In this document: one piece after another, positions 53,228 to 64,000 of the stretch | How the letters are laid out: each line of letters begins with the position of its first letter | Numbering within the stretch: the first letter of the stretch is position 1 | Assembly: GCF_006345805.1 (NCBI RefSeq) | Contig: NC_043005.1 | Coordinates: 71,920,001 to 71,984,000, forward strand | Length of the DNA: 64,000 nucleotides | Direction of reading: 5' to 3' | From: Octopus sinensis | Taxonomy: Eukaryota | Program-made: the position numbers and the translations under genes | The notes under the pieces: model-generated | Database searches by the model: none | What the model saw: the letters and a program-made list of their open reading frames with translations, nothing else | What the model was told of the DNA's origin: nothing

Positions 53228-53999
53228 GATATGCTCTATTCTCATCAACGTGGGCTGAAGAAAATAGGATATTTTTACTCGTTCCTTACTCTTTATTAAT
53301 GAAAAATCGTAATTGCGTTTGCAGTTATAAGTGCTTCTTTACAATGTCGTTGGATAGGGTGTTTTTAGCTGGTATGAAACGTGTCCCTGACCCTCGCATT
53401 ACAAATCTCTCTATATATGTAATGCTGAAGTTGTCTGTGTATGGCTGGTTTGGTAGCCTTCAACTAACGCTATCTCCTCCAAGACCCTGCGGTGCAAGTT
53501 GACCAAATCTGGGAGTATGATAGAAGAAGGCTTGCTCTTCCTTCCGTAGAAGAAAACAATTTTGTCGGACCAAGTTAAGACCAAAAATTATTTACATCAA
53601 AAAGGTGCTTTTTTTGTATGAAAACCCTTATTTTTTTACGATTTTTTGACTGCTGTGTCACCATTTTCGGTGTATTTCAATCAGAAAAATGTTCACTTAA
53701 AAAGAATAACAAGCTACTTAGTGCAAAATTTTTACTTCTCTAAAATTCCAATTCTAAAGGGTCGAAACAAACCCGAGCAACGCCGGGCGATACTGCTAGT
53801 ACATGATATGTTCTATTCCCATCAACGTGGGCTGAAGAAAATAATGGATTTTTATTTTACTCATTCCTTACTCTTTATTAATGAAAAATCGTAATTGAGT
53901 TTGCAGTCATAAGTGTTTCTTTACAATGTCGCTGGATAGTTTTTTTTATAGCTGGTATGAAACGTGCCCCTGACCCTCGCATTGCAAATTCTTTATATA
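53228..53999. repeat. ~190-bp diverged direct repeat flanking the Helitron (53228-53417, 53805-53999)
   Basis: CATCAACGTGGGCTGAAGAAAATA...CCTTACTCTTTATTAATGAAAAATCGTAATTG...CCCTGACCCTCGCATT in both copies. Confidence 0.9.
53406..53799 (+). mobile_element. Non-autonomous Helitron-like element
   Basis: 5' A|TC(TC)TATATATGTAATGCTGAAGTTGTCTGT; 3' hairpin CCCGAGCAACGCCGGG followed by CGATACTGCTAG|T; no TSD. Confidence 0.75.
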
Positions 54000-54560
54000 A
54001 CCCTTGTACCAAGACATTCCAGAAAGATCTAACAGAACCTATCATGTAAAGGTTGCTGCTGATTGATCGATAACTCAACCTCTCACATGAACATGGTTGT
54101 GCTATGTTGTGACTTAAACATCGCAATCTGTCGAGTCAGTTTCGAGTCTTGTTACAGTTGTTATGTCTCTCACAAAGGCATTTGCTTACATCTTGAACTA
54201 CAGTCAGTTTTGATGCCGCTTCACCGAAGAGCAACTTCTAGCCAATGGAGTTTTATAGCGGTTTTAGCGGCTTATAGCTACGCAGGAATTCATAATTTAT
54301 AATTCTTTGGCGCCTATTCTATGTTCTTAGTATCTGTGATTACAAAACGGCAATAAAATGAACAATAATTGTTGGATGTACAAAAATAACTTGACTTTAC
54401 TGAATGATTATTAAGAGTAATGGCTAAAAATAGATGTTAGAGATCGTCAAAAGATCAAGAAAATGCCTTACATTTTTAGTTCCGTTGTGTTCGGTTTCAC
54501 CTTTCGTTTGTTTGGAATTGATAAGGTATTGGTCAAGTACTGGGGATCGATGGTATCTAC

Positions 54561-54798
54561 AAGGCGGCGAGCTGGCAGAATCGTTAGCACGCCGGGCGAG
54601 ATGCGTAGCCGTATTTCGTCTGCCGTTACGTTCTGAGTTCAAATTCCGCCGAGGTCGACTTTGCCTTTCATCCTTTCGGGGTCGATAAATTAAGTACCAG
54701 TTACGCACTGGGGTCGATGTAATCGACTTAATACCTATGCCTGTCCTTGTTTGTCCCCTCTGTGTTTAGCCCCTTGTGGGTAATAAAGAAATAGGTAT
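54561..54798 (+). mobile_element. SINE family B, full length, CpG-intact
   Basis: AAGGCGGCGAGCTGGCAGAATCGTTAGCACGCCGGGCG...TAATAAAGAAATAGG; GGTATCTAC on both sides. Confidence 0.95.
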
Positions 54799-55522
54799 CT
54801 ACCAGCCTTTATTTCTCCGAAAATTGCAGGCATTGTCCAGGTATTTAGTCCATCATGTTCTGAGTTCAAATTCCGCCGAGGTTGACATTGCTTGTCCTCC
54901 TTTCGGGATCGATAAAATTAAGTCCCAGCCAAGATCGTTGTAATTGACTATCCCCCTTCTCTTAAATTATTGATTATTGTTGTCATTTCTCACCATCGAC
55001 ATTCTCGTTTCAAAAACTACAGAAAAAATGCAATTATTTATTTGAAGGTTTACAGAAAAGAAATTTATGAAGAGATGTGTGTCTGTTCCGGTGAGATTTA
55101 AATTACAAGATGTAATGACATACGGACAGACAAGATAAATTTCGAAAAGATGCAATTTCCTAGCTGTCGTTTCATTCATTTCACCACGATGATAGCCAAT
55201 TATTTTTCTACACTCTCCGCTATTGTTGGTCTCATTTTAATTGACGCTGCTTTCGATAAGGATCACCAAACTAAATGTGATTAACAAAACACGATAAGCA
55301 ATAGTATTCTTTATATTTAAAAAAAATTTTTTAACAGCGACCTTTGGTTTATATAAATTCATGTATCTGTGAGACCGATGATGCAGCACCAAAAAACCAG
55401 GGTCGAACTTACCAAAAATATTAAATGGAAAAATTTCCAAGATTTTACTTCACGGTGGAACTTCTATGTGGTCACTAAACATGCAAGGATCTTTTAAATT
55501 ACGCCCAAGTTATTAATTTATT

Positions 55523-55936
55523 GGATCTTTTCGGTTTGACCAGCAGTTTTTTCTAGCGGTGTCTATGAAATTGTCACCCATAATTATGACCCTAGTATCG
55601 ATCTATTGCATTTCGATCTGTTTAAGGGTTAGGGTTAGAGGGAAGGGTATCTTTTTTTTCTTCAGAAATGTAAATAAATCCAATCTGTTTCTTAAACGAG
55701 GGACATATTCATACAGCACCGAATGTTTTCACCTCAATAGACGTCATTAATTGGTTGAAATTGCAGAAATTGAAGAAAAAAAAACCCAACAAATATCTTA
55801 CAAACCATAGAATTTTCTCAATAAAGCCAAGAGAAAAAGATGTTTTATAAACACTTTCTACCAGTATACGAAGTTTAAAAGTGTTTAGTTATGTGGAAAT
55901 TATTTTAAAAAACTGCCGGTCAAACCGAAAAGATCC
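55523..55936. mobile_element. TIR element (MITE), 30-bp TIRs, superfamily uncertain
   Basis: GGATCTTTTCGGTTTGACCAGCAGTTTTTT / AAAAAACTGCCGGTCAAACCGAAAAGATCC (29/30); internal GGGTTAGGGTTAG. Confidence 0.9.
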
Positions 55937-56127
55937 TATACATTTATTTTTTGCTGTATTGAAATTAAAAAGGCAATTTTGTCTCTATGAACTGTTATCT
56001 ATGCATCTGGATTGATTCCAGTGATAACAACTGAATGCTGCTAAAACTGGATCCCGTCTCTAAATTAGGTAATGTTATGAAAACAACAAATAAATTTATA
56101 AATGGTCAAAGGATATATCATTTAGAG

Positions 56128-56270
56128 CAGACATGGACAAACTTTTCGAGGAGTAAGCCACATGAGACATGGTTCATCATTAGGCAAGTGGCTCTACTAG
56201 AAAAAAATTTAAAGTAACTTTCCATTAGGCATGTCATTTCGAAAGTCTCATGGGCCATAGTTTGCCCATG
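56128..56270. mobile_element. Possible hAT-type MITE remnant
   Basis: CATGGACAAACT / AGTTTGCCCATG inverted match (11/12); right terminus and TSD not recognisable. Confidence 0.45.
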
Positions 56271-56520
56271 AATTACTTAAATAATAATTTCGTAAATTGA
56301 TCCAAAGGATCGTTTTGGGAAATATGCGCCATATTACTGTCTCATAATACCTTGTCAAAAATTTGTAACGTGAAAAATCTTCAAAATTTGAAGGATTTTT
56401 TGGGGTTTTTGAGTGGAAGAAGAGCTGCTAATAGAACCTTTCAAAAATCTCTCAAAAGATCCAGGGTTGGCATACAGGCTGTTGTAGGTTATGTATCAGA
56501 TCATTAACTATTTGGAGTGT

Positions 56521-56737
56521 AAGGCGGCGAGCTGATAGAAACATAAGTATGCCAGGCAAAATACTTAGCAGTATTTTGTCTGTCATTGTGTTCTGAGTTC
56601 AAATTCTGCTGAGGTCGACTTTGCCTTTCATCCGTTCGGGGTCGATAAATTAGGTACCAGTTGCGTACTGGAGTTGATCTAATTGACTGTGCCCTCCCCA
56701 CAAATTTCGAGCCTTGTGCCTAGATTAGAAAAAATTA
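56521..56737 (+). mobile_element. SINE family B variant
   Basis: AAGGCGGCGAGCTGATAG...; TATTTGGAGTG on both sides (TSD). Confidence 0.9.
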
Positions 56738-57269
56738 AATATTTGGAGTGCCCTCACTCTTGTCCAGCCTAGATAATTTAGTTTCAGTTTATTTTAACAA
56801 CTGCTATAATAAAACCTCCTTAGTGTGTATTGCTTACTGGTTGTTTTGTGCCTTAACTCAGAGTTTCACAAACTGACGAATGGCCGTGGTCATGTGCATG
56901 CCTTTGTGCTTGTCCCAGTCACTGCTTGACAACCAGTGTTGGTTTGTTTCCATCCCTGTAACTTAGTGGTTTGGCAAAAGATATCAACAGAATAAGTACC
57001 AGACTTTAAAAGAAATGCAATAATGGGGTCGATTTGTTTGATTAAACCCTTAATAGCTGTGCCCCAACATTGTTATGTTCCAATGACTGAAACAGATATG
57101 AACAGTAACAGAAGTGCTGCTATATATTTTAGTGTACCGAAAGAGTTAAAAACCACAGGGTAAATTACCATATTTGATGACATATTAGATGCACTCTGAT
57201 TTCAGTAGAGCCTATTCAAGAAAGAGTACATTTATAGTGCATTAAAGTATGTAATATAACCCCAACTTA

Positions 57270-57640
57270 TGGTGGCATGCTGTCAGAACCATTAGTGCTA
57301 CAGGTTGACTTTGCCTTTCATTCTTTCAGTTTTGATAAAATAAGTACCGGTTAAGAACTGGTGTCTATGTAATCAATTATCCCTCTACCCGAAATTTCTG
57401 GCCTTGTGCCAAAATTTGAAACTAATATAAGCCCAACTTAAGGCAGAATCATTACTGTGTTGGATTTGCAAGCTTTTTTTAATCTGACTTTACATTCTGA
57501 GTTCAAATGCCTCTGGGGTCAACTTGGCTTTTTATTTTTTGAGAGTCAATAAAATAACTACCAGTTGAGCACTGGGGTTGATCTAATCGATTTCCCCCCT
57601 CCCCAACATTGCTGGCCTTATGCCAAAATTTGAAACCAAT
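57270..57640 (+). mobile_element. Two tandem diverged family B variant copies
   Basis: Both end in GGCCTT(G/A)TGCCAAAATTTGAAAC(T/C)AATATA. Confidence 0.75.
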
Positions 57641-58953
57641 ATATACTCAACTTCGCATACTGGACTCTGGGTGACTTTTGAGATATGTTTTTGAAAAAAA
57701 AAAGGAAAAGAAATGGAAAAATATGGTATCAAACACAGTATTTCATGACATTTGTAAATTTGGATACATTGGGTCTGCTTTGATTGAAAAATCAGGATTC
57801 TTGTTTCCCTAAGGCTCACAAACTTTTTCAAATTTTTAAACATCCCGAAATAAATTTTTGCCGATACGGAACCACTAATTTCCTTGGTCTCTGGTTCATT
57901 TATATTTCATATGATGCAACTTCCCTGCCCTTCCATTATTTCAGTATTGATAGGAGAATAAATAATTTAGAGTTCTGTTAAAGATTTTGGAAATTATTTC
58001 ATGTGTATTCCTTTTCCTTTGATGTTAGCTCTCTCTCTTTCATATTAAATTCTAACCATCAGTTACATTACATTGTGCAATAAAATCATTTTTCAAAGAG
58101 CTGATTCTGTGATAGTTTTTCTGCCAAAACTCCCAAATATTGTATTGTACTTCCTGTTGATCATTTACATTCTTGCTAATTTGATATATTCAACTGTCCG
58201 ATCAACTGCTTTATCATCTCTCCTCCTTTAACTAAAGAGTTCAGTGCATCAATCTTTGTTCTTTGATGCATATTGAACTAACCTGTTTGGTTTTTTTCCT
58301 AACTTAAAGCACTTGAAGTTCTCCCTCTCTCTCTCTCTCACTCATTTATATTTTTTTATTCCTTCACACATTATTTGATATTTATTATGATGCTTTTCAA
58401 AACTGTTTTACCAAACTGTTATTCTTCCTTTCTCACTATAATTTAGCAATATTACTGTAGTCAGGGTAGTTAGAAAGAGCAAAGGTTCACATGATATTTT
58501 GTTTTTTTTACTTTGTATCTTGTTCACTGCTAACCCTAACGTTCTCAAGATTAAATACAAAACTAGTTTTGTTTGTATTAAATGGCTACAATAATTTCAG
58601 TTGACTTCAGTAAATTTCTTTGCAATTCTTTGGTTCCAGGTTCAATACTTCTACCCAGCAACTTTGGCAAGTGTCGTTTAAGTATAGCCTCAGGTCATAA
58701 ACACGAACTTTTGGGTGAAACTAGGTTAATAGAAACTGTGGGAAAGCCTATCAAAAGTGTGTTTGAGTGCTTATACTGTTAGCTCCTTCATCAAATTGAG
58801 GATGACTTAACAGGGATAAAGGCAACTGTTAGACTGGCACAAATTTGTTTTCTATTTCTTTTATACTAAGAAAGAGCTGCATGTGCATCAGATGCACTCT
58901 CTCAGTCTTACACATTATGTCAAGTGGCAAAGTAAAATAAACACAGTAAGCAT

Positions 58954-59220
58954 CTATCTATCTATCTGCTCAGTCAAAATCGACTCTCGGTTACTTGATA
59001 GATCAGTGTTATCCAGCCAGTTCCATCCTGGGTCGCTTCTTTCAGAATGGCTATGGCCATTCCCATGTCACTCTCAATGGTGTCAAGCCAGCGGGTTCTT
59101 GGTCGGCCTCTTCCTCTCTTACCACTAACCATTCTGAGCAGGATGTCCTTCTCCAGGGATTTTCTCTGCATAATATGACCAAAATATGCCACTCTATGCT
59201 TGTTATATGTACATATATGT
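58954..59220 (-). mobile_element. 5'-truncated RTE (BovB-like) LINE insertion with TSD
   Basis: Minus frame VAYFGHIMQRKSLEKDILLRMVSGKRGRGRPRTRWLDTIESDMG...GWITLIYQVTESR; (GATA)n tail; TSD ACAGTAAGCAT at 58943-58953 and 59221-59231. Confidence 0.92.
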
Positions 59221-59952
59221 ACAGTAAGCATATCTATATAAAAATGTTAAAATGGTTGAAGTGATCTCCACACCTTGCAGTACCATCTCATTTCATGTGT
59301 TGCCCAAGCCATAAAAGATATCTGGTATTTGTCCTGTATTATAGCTTCTAGCCCAGGATGACAATATGTTGCTACCTACAATGGTTGTCTCTCTTTGTCT
59401 CTTAGTTACCAAACCGTGTAAATAAAGGTTACATATTTCTTCCATGCTTATTTATATGAAATGCAAATGTGCTACAAAACATTCACTTGCATGCATGTAT
59501 ATACATATGTACATATTACAAGCTGGCTGTTAACTCACCTTGAGTTAATCTGCTTTCTGACAGGGTTTCTTTTTCACACTACCAGATTTCTGAAATCAGC
59601 CTCCTCATAATATAGGCTGCTAAATTTATAGTATATTTATAATATAGGTTGCTAAATTTAGTAGCTGTCAACCCAGTCGGGCCTTAAATTGTACTGGATC
59701 ACAAACGTGATCTGACACACAATATTTTTTAAAATTGAAAATCAACTTTAAATAGCAGATTAGCATATACCTAATGAAAGAAGATATTTTTGTGCAAAGA
59801 GAAAAAAATAAAGAATAATAAAATAAATTTGTGCTCTGCAAAAGTTTGGACTAATCCTTCAGATTGATATAAAATTGGTATAAAATTGTTTTTTATATAA
59901 CAGAACATAAAAACAACCATCAGTAAATATATATAAAAGCTATAGAAGTTGC

Positions 59953-59992
<40 letters not shown>

Positions 59993-61469
59993 CATACATA
60001 TACACACACATACACACACATTTTTGTGAGCTATCTTAACATTTTCATGTCTTAATGCTGGTTCCTTTGTAGTGGATGACGACATAGATAAAATGTATTT
60101 ACCAATGATTTTATTTACGTTAGTAAAAATAATTGCATGCAAATTATAATATTCATTGATTATCAATAAACTGGTAAAGAAAGTTTTATAACCGGTATTG
60201 TTAGACATTTGTGTGTATCCATACATTAATTTAATAAGTTTGCTTTATAAACTATATTCTCTTTTAATAATTAATATTGCATATTAAAACTAAAATCACT
60301 GAAGATTATTCTGAACTGGAATTTTGGGGACAATAATTATCTACTTTATATGATTTCACACATAGTTTTTCCTGTTTATTAAATTTATAAAAGTTATAAA
60401 GTGGAATTAATTTTCTGGTTTATCACAATAATTTTCACATTATCAATTTAATTTCTGCTTTGAATTCTGTTAAATTACTTATAAGTATTTGAAAGTTAAA
60501 GTTAAAATAAAAATTAACCAAAATTATTACTAAAAAGAAACCGAGCCTATTGTGATATCATGTAAATCAGGAACTTTAAACATCTCCTCTTTTAATAATT
60601 TTTGGCAAGTTGATTTCTCTAGAAGCTACGAAGTAAATTTGAAACCCTTCACAACCTACTTCCTCAACACTCTTTTATTTCTGATCCAAGTAAATGCTCT
60701 CAATTCTATGACCCAGATTTTTGTTTGTCTTTCAAAGCAGTGCTTTCTATCCTGGTAATCAATAATTTGTAATCTGAGTTTTTAAATGTTGGCATGAAGT
60801 TCTGATATTTTTTTATATTTTTTCCCCTTCCTTTCTTGTTTTATCACTTATATTTGTCATCAGTTTAACAAGCTACTTGATATTGCATTTGATGAAATGA
60901 ATTTGAACATGCCTTGTCTCTAAAAGATTTTCTTTAGACCATTAAAATTTGGCTCAGGCAGTTTGTTGTAAATAAAATATCGATATGGATCAAAATCTGT
61001 TAATGTGAATTTGATTTAAGAGTTATAGAGGAAGATGGAAAATAATCAAATAAAATAATCATATATACTTATGTACATACATACAGACATATGTACATGA
61101 AACACACACTGGGAATTTACACCTACATACCAGGAATTTACAAGCCAATACACACACACACATACACGTGTGTATGTATATGCCTGGTGTATTGTTATTC
61201 ATTATGATAAATGATTGTATGTGTTGACTTAATGAAACAGTAGGTAGTTTCTTTCAGTGACTATTTAATTTTCCCCTGAATAACAGTATTCCATAGCGCT
61301 TTGTTATTATGATTTAATTGACAGTAGAGTTGAGAAATTAATTACTAGCCCAATCATACTCATTTTAAAGTTACATATTTACTGAACTCTGATATAATTT
61401 CTATGCTATATTAATTTCTATATCGGCTGTGATCATGATATACTAATGATTTATGATATAGGATTTATG

Positions 61470-61685
61470 ATATCATGGTTGTAAACAAGCATCATTGTCA
61501 AAGAAGTGGTGTTGTTTGTTTCCAGTCTTCTGTGGAAAACATGTCTGGCCATGGGGAAATATAATCTTACTTGACAACAGATGAAGGTTGGTGACAAGAA
61601 AGACACTTGGTTGTAGAATATGTGCCCCAACAAATTCTGTCTGGCCCGTGCAATAAAGGAAAAGTGGATATTAAATAATGATGAG
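61470..61685 (+). mobile_element. RTE-LINE 3' end variant (family C)
   Basis: GGAAAACATGTCTGGCCATGGGGAAATAT...GGAAAAGTGGATATTAAATAATGATGAG. Confidence 0.7.
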
Positions 61686-62562
61686 GAGGTGAAGGAATTT
61701 ATTTTATAGATATCTACGTTTATAGAATTAAGCCCATAGGTTTAATTCTTTTATAACCATATTATTAATGAATTACACTGCCCATTGATTTTAATTTATT
61801 ATTTAAAATAATCAACAGTCCGAAATGTTTAGTAAAGTCCATTATTAAATTAGTATCTGGAACGATTTAACGAAACATTAAAATATATAATTGTGATTAA
61901 AAGTATTAAATCACATGGTCACTGATATTACGGCAGTAAGTGAAGAAATAAACCACCTCATTGTGGTGGCAGTGGTGGTGCTGCTGGTCTTAAATTGAAA
62001 AAACACTCAAGAACTAATACAGTCTTTCAGAGGACTTTTGCACAATTTCCGTCTTCTCCCTAACTTCACAAAAGGTTAATGACAATCTGAACCTACGGCC
62101 AAAGAACCATGCAGTGGGGTCAGACCCAGAACCATGTAATTTCAAAGAAAACTAAACCATACAGCCAAGCTTGCATTCTTTAATGTTTACAAGCCATCTA
62201 AGTTTCACTAGCATGGAAAATTGCACATATGACAGCAAATATATATCTACATATGTTTATCTATGTATACATACTTTATTAGATATTATTTCTTTAATGT
62301 GTATACACACACATATATGTGAAGTGAACTAATCACTAAATGTATGTTCATAGAGAGTATCGCCTTTCATGTGTTTGATATCAAAAACATTTAATATAGG
62401 AAACAGTTTTAAGAAAGTACTTCCAGTTTTTACCAATGTTCATTTTTTTTTTCCCCCCATATTTTTCTTTCTTTCATTTTCTATAATTCTTAAGAATGTA
62501 AATGACACTTAGAGTGGAGATCATTCGTTTTGATATTTTAACAGTTTGCAGAGTTGTTTTCT

Positions 62563-62624
62563 TTAGTCGGTTCTCACTGGGAAACACAGGCGCCCAATGT
62601 AGTCTGCCAGTTGCATTTCTACGT
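62563..62624 (-). CDS. Candidate terminal coding exon of an unidentified gene: (D)VEMQLADYIGRLCFPVRTD*
   Basis: Acceptor TTCTTATATAATTTCAAG, open frame to TAA, GC- and CpG-richer than flanks; strand ambiguous. Confidence 0.3.
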
Positions 62625-63535
62625 CTTGAAATTATATAAGAATGCTGTATATAAATACATGTATGTGCAGCCAATCACCACCACCACCACCACCACCACC
62701 ACCAAACCATCACCACTACCACCACCATCATCATCATCATCATTGCTATCACCATCGCCACAGCTACTTTTGTCTGTTCCTCCTTGTTGGAATGAGTTGG
62801 TTCATTGGGCAAGGCTTTTTGAGACAGTGTTTTATGGCCTGGTGCCAACTCTTTTAGTTGCTTCTTATAACAAGCAGGGATATGGTGAGCCTTTTCTAAA
62901 AACAGGGGATATCAAAAAGTTTATGTATGTAATGTATGTATGCATGTATCCATACACATATATAATGTATGTGTATGTGTGTATATATATGTATGTTATT
63001 TTTTATTACAAGTGAAAAATATTTATACTTATGTTTTGAGTTCTGTCTTTCTTGTTTGTGTTATCAAATCTATTTGCTTATATGTTTGTATGCATTTGTG
63101 TCTGTGTGCGAATATGAATGTATATATGTATTTGTGTGAGAGAAGTAGAAGGGAGAGAGAGCAATGTAGTATTGAAATTAAAGTATCAAATATAATGAAG
63201 AACATTTATTTAAAAAAATAAAGTTGTGCCAAGGAATGAAAGTAGGGGATATACTGAAGAATTAATTTATATATTTCTTAAACCTATAAATGTACTTTGG
63301 CTTAGTGAATATTTTAATTCTGAAACACTGTGATGCATTGATAATTTTCTCATGGTTGTCAAAGTAGCATTAATATGCAAAGTAGCTTACTCATATGTAA
63401 ATTAAGTTATTTTGCCCATGCAACTGTGAACTGCTTTTTTTTCTTTTGATTATTTCTTGCTATCATAATATTACCAATGTAAAAAGTTTCATGCTCACTG
63501 TTGCCAATAACTTATGGTGTGTGTGTGTTTGTGTA

Positions 63536-63625
<90 letters not shown>

Positions 63626-64000
63626 TGCTGAGTACATTGGAATAAATTATCCAGGTGGGTAATATAAATGCTCTTAGGTATATTCCAGGTTCTGGCCAAT
63701 CATGTAAATAAGAAGCATCAAGGATTGCTTAGGGTGAGCAGTCCCACAAATTCTTCTGGGTTCACTTTGGTGGATTATGAATATTTTGGAAAGTATAAAT
63801 CCAGTTGCTTTGAATATATATATATATAAATATGAGTGTTTTTATGCACCACAACTCCGTATGAGAAGTCCTTTCAAGGTAAATAATGTAGTGTTCTATG
63901 TTCTAATATATAAATATAAATATATATGCCGTCTTTTGTCATTCCATTAAATTGATATATATTTGTGTACACATGTATATACAAATTGACAGAGGAATTT

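Noticed and set aside
54434-54688. ORFs containing RRARCVAVFRLPLRSEFKFRRGRLCLSS (also 3331-3744, 41851-42051)
   Set aside because: Translation of SINE family B; the same peptide recurs wherever the SINE occurs
57720-58300. A-rich minus strand with fragments such as IQYLGV and LIGQ suggesting a LINE or GIY-YIG remnant
   Set aside because: Motifs are too short and inconsistent to assign a family

Overview
AT-rich animal genomic DNA packed with microsatellites ((TA)n, (TATG)n, (CA)n, (AAT)n, (CAT)n, (GATA)n) and interspersed repeats. The tRNA-derived SINEs and RTE-LINE 3' ends match, from recall rather than a search, those of octopus (coleoid cephalopod) genomes. No protein-coding gene can be named, and almost every ORF in the supplied track is a translation of a microsatellite or SINE. 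Supportable content: about 40 SINE copies of four families (A, B, D, E), about ten RTE-LINE 3' fragments (family C plus one BovB-like insertion with an intact TSD), a decayed Penelope-like reverse transcriptase, TIR-bounded MITEs with recognisable TSDs (hAT 8 bp; piggyBac-like and Kolobok-like TTAA), a non-autonomous Helitron with duplicated flank, and a near-identical 599-bp tandem duplication. A CpG-rich domain (~50.5-56.4 kb) holds a candidate bidirectional promoter with splice donors on both strands. The most unusual element is a 49-nt minus-strand motif at 30396-30444 that folds as a minimal type I hammerhead ribozyme with a compensatory G3-C8 core swap. Repeat boundaries are read by eye and approximate unless a TSD or TIR is quoted.
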